Assembly (NCBI RefSeq): GCF_964355755.1 | Contig: NC_092675.1 | Span: forward strand, 18,944,912 to 19,008,911 | Direction: 5' to 3' | Source: Antedon mediterranea | Taxonomy: Eukaryota > Animalia > Echinodermata | Length of the DNA: 64,000 nt | Shown here: piece after piece, positions 36,868 to 47,600 of the stretch | Numbering within the stretch: position 1 is the first letter of the stretch | How the letters are laid out: each line of letters opens with the position of its first letter | The notes under the pieces: model-generated | Seen by the model: the letters and a program-made list of their open reading frames with translations, nothing else | Databases searched by the model: none | What the model was told of the DNA's origin: nothing | Position numbers and translations under genes: made by a program

Positions 36868-39800
36868 TATTTGTGAGAAAATGGCGGATTGCTCCTGGGA
36901 GTCACTTGGTGGGATTATACTAGGGTACCTCCTTAGTCGTCCAGTATAAGTTAGGGTGGGACCACTGGTCCCGTTTACTCAGCCCTCATCTTCTAAATCT
37001 GAGTGTAACTCAATTCCGATTTTTATTATTATAGTGAAATTTGATACTGTATTTGTGAGAAAATGGCGGATTGCTCCTGAGAGTCACTTGGTGGGATTAT
37101 ACTAGGGTACCTCCTTAGTCGTCCAGTATAAGTTAGAGTAGGACCACTGGTCCTGTTTACTCAGCCCTCATCTTTTAAATCTGAGTGTAACTCAATTACG
37201 ATTTTTAATATTATAGTGAAATTTGATACTGTATTTGTGAGAAAATGGCGGATTGCTCCTGGGAGTCACTTGGTGGAATTATACTTGGGTACCTCCTTAG
37301 TCGTCCAGTATAAGTTAGAGTAGGACCGCTGGCCCTGTTGACTCAGCCCTCATCTTTTAAATCTGAGTGTAACTCAATTACGATCTTTAATATTATAGTG
37401 AAATTTGATACTGTATTTGTGAGAAAATGGCGGATTGCTCCTGGGAGTCACTTGGTGGGATTATACTAGGGTACCTCCTTAGTCGTCCAGTATAAGTTAG
37501 AGTAGGACCGCTGGTCTTGTTTACTCAGCCCTCATCTTTTAAATCTGAGTGTAACTCAATTCCGATTTTTAATATTATAGTGAAATTTGATACTGTATTT
37601 GTGAGAAAATGGCGGATTGCTCCTGAGAGTCACTTGGTGGGATTATACTAGGGTACCTCCTTAGTCGTCCAGTATAAGTTAGAGTAGGACCACTGGTCCT
37701 GTTTACTCAGCCCTCATCTTTTAAATCTGAGTGTAACTCAATTACGATTTTTAATATTATAGTGAAATTTGATACTGTATTTGTGAGAAAATGGCGGATT
37801 GCTCCTGGGAGTCACTTGGTGGAATTATACTTGGGTACATCCTTAGTCGTCCAGTATAAGTTAGAGTAGGACCGCTGGCCCTGTTGACTCAGCCCTCATC
37901 TTTTAAATCTGAGTGTAACTCAATTACGATCTTTAATATTATAGTGAAATTTGATACTGTATTTGTGAGAAAATGGCGGATTGCTCCTGGGAGTCACTTG
38001 GTGGGATTATACTAGGGTACCTCCTTAGTCGTCCAGTATAAGTTAGAGTAGGACCGCTGGTCTTGTTTATTCAGACCTCATCTTTTAAATCTGAGTGTAA
38101 CTCAATTACGATTTTTAATATTATAGTGAAATTTGATACTGTATTTGTGAGAAAATGGCGGATTGCTCCTGGGAATCACTTGGTGGGATTATACTAGGGT
38201 ACCTCCTTAGTCGTCCAGTATAAGTTAGGGTGGGACCACTGGTCCCGTTTACTCAGCCCTCATCTTTTAAATCTGAGTGTAACTCAATTCCGATTTTTTA
38301 TATTATAGTGAAATTTGAAACTGTATTTGTGAGAAAATGGCGGATTGCTCCTGGGAGTCACTTGGTGGGATTATACTAGGGTACCTCCTTAGTCGTCCAG
38401 TATAAGTTAGAGTAGGACCACTGGTCCTGTTTACTCAGCCCTCATCTTTTAAATCTGAGTGTAACTCAATTACGATTTTTAATATTATAGTGAAATTTGA
38501 TACTGTATTTGTGAGAAAATGGCGGATTGCTCCTGGGATTCACTTGGTGGGATTATACTTGGGTACATCCTTAGTCGTCCAGTTTAAGTTAGAGTAGGAC
38601 CGCTGGTCCCGTTTACTCAGCCCTCATCTTTTAAATCTGAGTGTAACTCAATTACGATTTTTAATATTATAGTGAAATTTGATACTGTATTTGTGAGAAA
38701 ATGGCGGATTGCTCTTGGGAGTCACTTGGTTGGATTATACTAGGGTACCTCCTTAGTCGTCCAGTATAAGTTAGAGTAGGACCGCTGGCCCTGTTTACTC
38801 AGCCCTCATCTTTTAAATCTAAGTGTAACTCAATTACGATCTTTAATATTATAGTGAAATTTGATACTGTATCTGTGAGAAAATGGCGGATTGCTCCTAG
38901 GAGTCACTTGGTGGGATTATACGAGGGGACCTCCTTAATCGTCCAGTATAAGTTAGATTAGGACCGCTGGTCCCGTTGACTCAGCCCTCATCTTTTAAAT
39001 CTGAGTATAACTCAATTACGATTTTTTATATAGTGAAATTTGATACTGTATTTGTGAGAAAATGGCGGATTGCTCCTGGGAGTCACTTGGTGGGATTATA
39101 CTAGGGTACCTCCTTAGTCGTCCAGTATAAGTTAGAGTAGGACCGCTGGTCTTGTTTACTCAGCCCTCATCTTTTAAATCTGAGTGTAACTCAATTACGA
39201 TTTTTAATATTATAGTGAAATTTGATACTGTATTTGTGAGAAAATGGCAGATTGCTCCTGGGAGTCACTAGGTGGGATTATACTAGGGTACCTCCTTAGT
39301 CGTCCAGTATAAGTTAGGGTGGGACCACTGGTCCCGTTTACTCAGCCCTCATCTTTTAAATCTGAGTGTAACTCAATTCCGATTTTTAATATTATAGTGA
39401 AATTTGATACTGTATTTGTGAGAAAATGGCGGATTGCTCCTGGGAGTCACTTGGTGGGATTATACTAGGGTACCTCCTTAGTCGTCCAGTATAAGTTAGG
39501 GTAGGACCACTGGTCCCGTTTACTCAGCCCTCATCTTTTAAATCTGAGTGTAACTCAATTCCGATTTTTAATATTATAGTGAAATTTGATACTGTATTTG
39601 TGAGAAAATGGCGGATTGCTCCTGGGAGTCACTTGGTGGGATTATACTAGGGTACCTTCTTAGTCGTCCAGTATAAGTTAGAGTAGGACCACTGGTCCTG
39701 TTTACTCAGCCCTCATCTTTTAAATCTGAGTGTAACTCAATTACGATTTTTAATATTATAGTGAAATTTGATACTGTATTTGTGAGAAAATGGCGGATTG

Positions 39801-42800
39801 CTCCTGGGAGTCACTTGGTGGAATTATACTTGGGTACCTCCTTAGTCGTCCAGTATAAGTTAGAGTAGGACCGCTGGCCCTGTTGACTCAGCCCTCATCT
39901 TTTAAATCTGAGTGTAACTCAATTACGATCTTTAATATTATAGTGAAATTTTATACTGTATTTGTGAGAAAATGGCGGATTGCTCCTGGGAGTCACTTGG
40001 TGGGATTATACTAGGGTACCTCCTTAGTCGTCCAGTATAAGTTAGAGTAGGACCGCTGGTCTTGTTTATTCAGACCTCATCTTTTAAATCTGAGTGTAAC
40101 TCAATTACGATTTTTAATATTATAGTGAAATTTGATACTGTATTTGTGAGAAAATGGCGGATTGCTCCTGGGAGTCACTTGGTGGGATTATACTAGGGTA
40201 CCTCCTTAGTCGTCCAGTATAAGTTAGGGTGGGACCACTGGTCCCGTTTACTCAGCCCTCATCTTTTAAATCTGAGTGTAACTCAATTCCGATTTTTTAT
40301 ATTATAGTGAAATTTGATACTGTATTTGTGAGAAAATGGCGGATTGCTCCTGGGAGTCACTTGGTGGGATTATACTAGGGTACCTCCTTAGTCGTCCAGT
40401 ATAAGTTAGAGTAGGACCACTGGTCCTGTTTACTCAGCCCTCATCTTTTAAATCTGAGTGTAACTCAATTACGATTTTTAATATTATAGTGAAATTTGAT
40501 ACTGTATTTGTGAGAAAATGGCGGATTGCTCCTGGGATTCACTTGGTGGGATTATACTTGGGTACATCCTTAGTCGTCCAGTTTAAGTTAGAGTAGGACC
40601 GCTGGTCCTGTTTACTCAGCCCTCATCTTTTAAATCTGAGTGTAACTCAATTACGATTTTTAATATTATAGTGAAATTTGATACTGTATTTGTGAGAAAA
40701 TGGCGGATTGCTCCTGGGAGTCACTTGGTTGGATTATACTAGGGTACCTCCTTAGTCGTCCAGTATAAGTTAGAGTAGGACCGCTGGCCCTGTTTACTCA
40801 GCCTTCATCTTTTAAATCTGAGTGTAACTCAATTACGATCTTTAATATTATAGTGAAATTTGATACTGTATCTGTGAGAAAATGGCGGATTGCTCCTAGG
40901 AGTCACTTGGTGGGATTATACGAGGAGACCTCCTTAATCGTCCAGTATAAGTTAGAGTAGGACCGCTGGTCCCGTTGACTCAGCCCTCATCTTTTAAATC
41001 TGAGTATAACTCAATTACGATTTTTTATATAGTGAAATTTGATACTGTATTTGTGAGAAAATGGCGGATTGCTCCTGGGAGTCACTTGGTGGGATTATAC
41101 TAGGGTACCTCCTTAGTTGTCCAGTATAAGTTAGAGTAGGACCGCTGGTCTTGTTTACTCAGCCCTCATCTTTTAAATCTGAGTGTAACTCAATTACGAT
41201 TTTTAATATTATAGTGAAATTTGATACTGTATTTGTGAGAAAATGGCGGATTGCTCCTGGGAGTCACTTGGTGGGATTATACTAGGGTACCTCCTTAGTC
41301 GTCCAGTATAAGTTAGGGTGAGACCACTGGTCCCGTTTACTCAGCCCTCATCTTTTAAATCTGAGTGTAACTCAATTCCGATTTTTAATATTATAGTGAA
41401 ATTTGATACTGTATTTGTGAGAAAATGGCGGATTGCTCCTGGGAGTCACTTGGTGGGATTATACTAGGGTACCTCCTTAGTCGTCCAGTATAAGTTAGGG
41501 TGGGACCACTGGTCCCGTTTACTCAGCCCTCATCTTTTAAATCTGAGTGTAACTCAATTCCGATTTTTAATATTATAGTGAAATTTGATACTGTATTTGT
41601 GAGAAAATGGCGGATTGCTCCTGGGAGTCACTTGGTGGGATTATACTAGGGTACCTTCTTAGTCATCCAGTATAAGTTAGAGTAGGACCACTGGTCCTGT
41701 TTACTCAGCCCTCATCTTTTAAATCTGAGTGTAACTCAATTACGATCTTTAATATTATAGTGAAGTTTGATACTGTATTTGTGAGAAAATGGCGGATTGC
41801 TCCTGGGAGTCACTTGGTGGAATTATACTTGGGTACCTCCTTAGTCGTCCAGTATAAGTTAGAGTAGGACCGCTGGCCCTGTTGACTCAGCCCTCATCTT
41901 TTAAATCTGAGTGTAACTCAATTACGATCTTTAATATTATAGTGAAATTTGATACTGTATTTGTGAGAAAATGGCGGATTGTTCCTGGGAGTCACTTGGT
42001 GGGATTATACTAGGGTACCTCCTTAGTCGTCCAGTATAAGTTAGAGTAGGACCGCTGGTCCTGTTTACTCAGCCCTCATCTTTTAAATCTGAGTGTAACT
42101 CAATTACGATTTTAAATATTATAGGGAAATTTGGTACTGTATTTGTGAGAAAACGGCGGATTGCTCCTGGAAGTCACTTGGTGGGATTATACTAGGTTAC
42201 CTCCTTAGTTGTCCAGTATAAGTTAGAGTAGGACCGCTGGTCTTGTTTACTCAGCCCTCATCTTTTAAATCTGAGTGTAACTCAATTACGATTTTTTATA
42301 TAGTGAAATTTGATACTGTATTTGTGAGAAAATGGCGGATTGCTCCTGGGAGTCACTTGGTGGGATTATACTAGGGTACGTCCTTAGTCATCCAGTATAA
42401 GTTAGAGTAGGACCACTGGTCCTGTTTACTCATCCCTCATCTTTTAAATCTGAGTGTAACTCAATTACGATCTTTAATATTATAGTGAAATTTGATACTG
42501 TATTTGTGAGAAAATGGCGGATTGCTCCTGGGAGTCACTTGGTGGGATTATACTAGGGGACCTCCTTAATCGTCCAGTATAAGTTAGAGTAGGACCGCTG
42601 GTCCCGTTTACTCAGCCCTCATCTTTTAAATCTGAGTGTAACTCAATTACGATTTTTTATATAGTGAAATTTGATACTGTATTTGTGAGAAAATGGCGGA
42701 TTGCTCGTGGGAGTCACTTGGTGGGATTATACTAGGGTACCTCCTTAGTCGTCCAGTATAAGTTAGAGTAGGACCGCTGGTCCGGTTTACTCAGCCCTCA

Positions 42801-43720
42801 TCTTTTTAAATCTGAGTGTAACTCAATTACGATTTTAAATATTATAGTGAAATTTGGGACTGTATTTGTGAGAAAACGGCGGATTGCTCCTGGAAGTCAC
42901 TCGGTGGGATTATACTAGGGTATCTCCTTAGTCGTCCAGTATAAGTTAGAGTAGGACCGCTGGTCTTGTTTACTCAGCCCTCATCTTTTAAATCTGAGTG
43001 TAACTCAATTACGATTTTTAATATTATAGGGAAATTTGGTACTGTATTTGTGAGAAAACGGCGGATTGCTCCTGGAAGTCACTCGGTGGGATTATACTAG
43101 GGTACCTCTTTAGTTGTCCCGTATAAGTGAGAGTAGGACCGCTGGTTATGTTTACTCAGCCCTCATCTTTTAAATCTGAGTTTAACTCAATTACGATTTT
43201 TAATATTATAGTGAAATTTGATACTGTATTTGTGAGAAAATGGCGGATTGCTCCTGGGAGTCACTTGGTGGGATTATACTTGGGTACCTCCTTAGTCATC
43301 CAGTATAAGTTAGAGTAGGACCACTGGTCCTGTTTACTCAGCCCTCATCTTTTAAATCTGAGTGTAACTCAATTACGATCTTTAATATTATAGTGAAATT
43401 TGATACTGTATTTGTGAGAAAATGGCGGATTGCTCCTGGTTAGAGTAGGACCGCTGGTCCCGTTTACTCAGCCCTCATCTTTTTAAATCTGAGTGTAACT
43501 CAATTACGATTTTTTGTATAGTGAAATTTGATACTGAATTTGTGAGAAAATGGCGGATTGCTCCTGGGAGTCACTTGGTGGGATTATACTAGGGTACCTC
43601 CTTAGTCGTCCAGTATAAGTTAGAGTAGGACCGCTGGTCCCGTTTACTCAGCCCTCATCTTTTTAAATCTGAGTGTAAATGGCGGATTGCTCCTGGGAGT
43701 CACTTGGTGGGATTATACTT
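36868..43720 (+). repeat. Tandem array of ~37-38 x 182-bp monomers with higher-order structure
   Basis: ATGGCGG recurs at 36881, 37063, 37245 and onward (period 182). Some monomers are 179 or 183 bp and the last ones are truncated. Confidence 0.97.
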
Positions 43721-43981
43721 AGTAGTGTTATAATCTAATATTTGCTGAAGTTCTTAAATGAATCTTGTTTTGAAATGATTAAAAATGAAATAAAAACTTA
43801 CATAGAATGTAGGCCTACATAAATGTTGATGTATTTTCCAAGGTAAAGGCGAACGTATATAAACATTAAAAAGCAAATAAACTACTATCTGGTTTTATAT
43901 TATTTCCCTTCAATTTTTAAAATTGTGATATACCATTATGATTCTTGACTTGAAGCAATGTTAGATATCAATTTCTTAAAG

Positions 43982-44019
<38 letters not shown>

Positions 44020-44093
44020 AAACAATGAAGTAACCAAGTTTTCTGCTGTTGTTTTATTTATATATATAATCGAGTTCGAACAATACCATGAAA

Positions 44094-44165
44094 GCCCCAG
44101 TGATCTAATGGTTAGGACATCTGCATATCAAGCAGGCGGTCCGAGTTCGAGTCTCGGTTGGGGCG
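44094..44165 (+). tRNA. tRNA-like Pol III gene, anticodon ATC (Asp-like); may be a pseudogene or SINE head
   Basis: Cloverleaf: acceptor GCCCCAG/TTGGGGC, anticodon stem TCTGC/GCAGG with loop ATATCAA, 4-nt variable loop, T-arm CCGAG-TTCGAGT-CTCGG, G discriminator, TTTTT terminator 2 nt downstream. A32 and an imperfect D-stem are atypical. Confidence 0.65.
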
Positions 44166-44287
44166 ACTTTTTCTCATTTTCACAGATTTCCTCATCTTTA
44201 TCGTTTCAAAAATTAATTAAATAATGTTCAGTGTATCACCGGGCGGTTTGGAATTTATTTCTATGCCTGTTGTGTTTATTTATATAT

Positions 44288-44312
44288 ATTAATTTGTATA
44301 TATTGTGTTTGT

Positions 44313-44362
<50 letters not shown>

Positions 44363-44387
44363 ACAAACACAATATATACAAATTAAT
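44288..44387. repeat. Perfect 100-bp palindrome centred on (TA)n
   Basis: ATTAATTTGTATATATTGTGTTTGTTGTG-(TA)n-CACAACAAACACAATATATACAAATTAAT. Confidence 0.9.
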
Positions 44388-44672
44388 TAATTAAATTTCA
44401 GTATATCACCGGGCGGTTTAGAATTAATGTTCTTTGCCTAATGTGTTTATATATATATATTAATATATACACACTTCCACTTCCTAGTTAAAAATAAAAA
44501 GCTAACTTTCTATATTAACGTCTACGAATTTAAGCTTTGAATTCAGCCTAGCTCCATTATACATGTATAATACCAATAATAATTATATCGAACGGCAATA
44601 CACACTACGTTTGGTAAACATTATTAACATTGTGTATTGTCTTCTTATACCGATTTCTGCTAGGGGTTCATA

Positions 44673-47600
44673 ATGGCCAAACGGACAGCACGTAAGACAC
44701 AGAAACAAACAGCACCCAAACAATCCAACAACACTTCTGGGGCTCCTGGTGCACCAAAAAGGAAAGCACAAACTACACCTAAACAACTAGCTAAGAAGAA
44801 AAAGCTCCCTACCACTGCTTCTACCAGTACAGCTAATATAGTAGAGCAGTGCCATAAAAATAGCAAAGTTGTGCACTTTATTACCAAAGCATGAAACTTG
44901 CCACAAAGTTTCTTTGATGTATATAGAGTAAAAATATGGGGGGGTTCCAAGTGTCCAACGTCCGGTATGGCGGCCATCTTGATTTCAAAATGGCCACCAT
45001 AAAAACAAAAAGTGTTCATATCTTGGCAACTATAAACAGTAGAGACTTGATTATGGTGTTAAATTGTTCACAAACCACATATTTCTATTTGCTCTAATGA
45101 AACGTTTCGTCAAACAATGACCGGAAATGACGTTTCTCCCAGTTTGACCTTTGACCTCTTATCTGTATATCTCAGTAACTACTGATCATTTCAATCGATT
45201 TTGGTGTCATTTTGTTCAGAATAGAGACATTTATATTTGTAGTAATGAAACATTTTCACATAAAATGACTGGAAATACAATTTATAACCTTTGACATATA
45301 TAATATGTGAACATACTGTATGTGATTTACATTGGTATAAATGCACCTAATTTTTTTTAACGAAATAAATGACACTGCAAAAATGACCAGGAATTATTAT
45401 TCTGAATTTTTGACTTTTGATGTGATAGGATAGGCGTAAAGTATGACAGATCACTGAGAAACAGCAATCACTGAGCTCATCTATGCCGACTTGTTTGCTA
45501 AACTGTGATGTGTCAATCGTTAGATAAAAGTTTTGGTCCTCTCTCCATCATCTTTTTTTTTTACAATGTATTATACCATATGGACAATTGTCTGAAATAA
45601 AAGTTGAATTGAATTGTTAGATGCCATTTGGAAATATTTTTGATGTAAAGTAGCATTCTTTCGTTGGCCTCTTTGATGTTGCATATGAGACAAGTTCGGA
45701 AAGTTTTCATTTTCATGAGTTAAGAGAATACCGTCTTTCAAACTTACTACAAACTTATCCTGCATTTGTGCAGTAGACCTACTTTCATTAGTCAGAAACT
45801 CAGATAATTCTTGTTCATTTTCGTTGCATCTAAAAAAATGTACTCCATTTTTATGGTAATGGGCCTTTGCTGTAAACCATCTGAATCCTTTTCCTCGATT
45901 TTCTCTACTCATTGATTTTTTAGCAAAATCCGAACCAAATCAATTCGTAAAAGACATCTCAATATAATTATTCAAGTAATTCTCAAATTAGTGACATGGA
46001 CCTACAATATACTGTTCTGTACAAGACCTTTTTAGGCATCCACTTGTGGACTTTCACTTTGAAGGTCTTGGTCTCCTAATCATACAAGAAACAATGTCTG
46101 ATTTAATCAATCAAAGTAGTGGGTCCAGACAAAGAAGGGGATGTAAGACCATCCACAGACAAAGAAGGGGGTATAAGACCATCACAGACAAAGAAGGGGG
46201 TATAAGACCATCCACAGACAAAGAAGGGGGTGTAGGACTATCCACAGACAAAGAAGGGGGTGTAGGACCATCCATAAACAAAGAAGGGAGTGTACGACCA
46301 TCCACAGACAAAGAAGGGGTGTAAGACCATCTACATACAAAGAAAGGGGTGTAAGATCATCCACAGACAAAGAAGCGGGTATAAGACCATCCACAGACAA
46401 AGAAGGGGGGTATAAGACCATCCACAGACAAAGAAGCGGGTATAAGACCATCCACAGACAAAGAAGCGGGTATAAGACTATCCACAGACAAGGAAGGGGG
46501 GTATAAGACCATCCACAGACAAAGAATGGGGTATAAGACCATCTACAGACAAAGAAGGAGGGGTAGGACCATATTACCGAGGAAGCATAGGCCTACAAAA
46601 AGAAGATGCAATCAAAATAGGCCTACCAGCCACTTGGAAAACAATAAATTGTAGAATAACTGAGGCTTGATTGTTGAAATATAAAGGGTTCTTTGTAAGG
46701 TCATTAATAATATATTGATATAAACACGATCATCATACTATTCATTTGACATTCAAATACAGTCTATCTCGAAAAGAAGCTCATACTATCACCTTTTCGA
46801 GGTTTTACGGTATTCCATAACATGTATGTTATTACCTCTGTCAAACTATTAAAGTTGTATTGTCCCCCAAAACATGAAAAATAAAGATGAAAAAAATCAA
46901 ATTTTGAATAGACCATTTTGTAGTTATAATAAAGTTATTCACTTTCGCCGAAAAAAAATCCGAAAAAAATATTGATTTCGCTTATAAAAAATCAAAATAA
47001 GTTTACCATTTTTTCGAACTCATTTCAGAAATTCCAAAATAACGATGGTTAGCTAACAGCTCATAAATATGCATGATATGTTAATGAGTATCCAAACAGG
47101 GGAGATCCGATCTGTTCACCACGTAAACAAACATGTGCGAAGAACAGAAGAAAGTGCTGGGGTTTCCCGGGTGTCACGAAAGCTCAGACCACGAAAGCTC
47201 AGACCCCCTAAGACCTAAGATCACGAAAGCTAAGACCCAACACCTAAGATTACAAATACTAAGATATACTACAGCTTAAAAACAATACTTGTTTATCCAT
47301 ATATAATTTTAAACACAGTAGGTTTCATTTATTACCATAAATATAATTTAATACTACCGCAAAACATAGATAAACTCACATTATTTTCGCCCGTTGAGTA
47401 AATGTATATTTTTTCTTTACAACAAACAAACTTGACGGGTTGTTTGTTGGTATATATTTACTCCATTGTGTTGCTTCAGGGGATGTTTTTCTTACGCACC
47501 TGCCTTTCTTGTATTTTGACTCCAAATTTGTTGACTAACTTTATCCTGAACACCACACTTTAAAATTAGGACTTATAAGTACTTTCAGAAGGAGAAACAC

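Noticed and set aside
36868-43720. CRISPR array or snRNA/5S gene cluster
   Set aside because: Monomers are homologous along their whole length with no unique spacers. There are no cas genes and no recognisable snRNA/5S sequence or hammerhead CTGATGA..GAAA core.
46046-46542. Several repetitive ORFs
   Set aside because: They are translations of the 29-30-bp minisatellite with mixed unit lengths.
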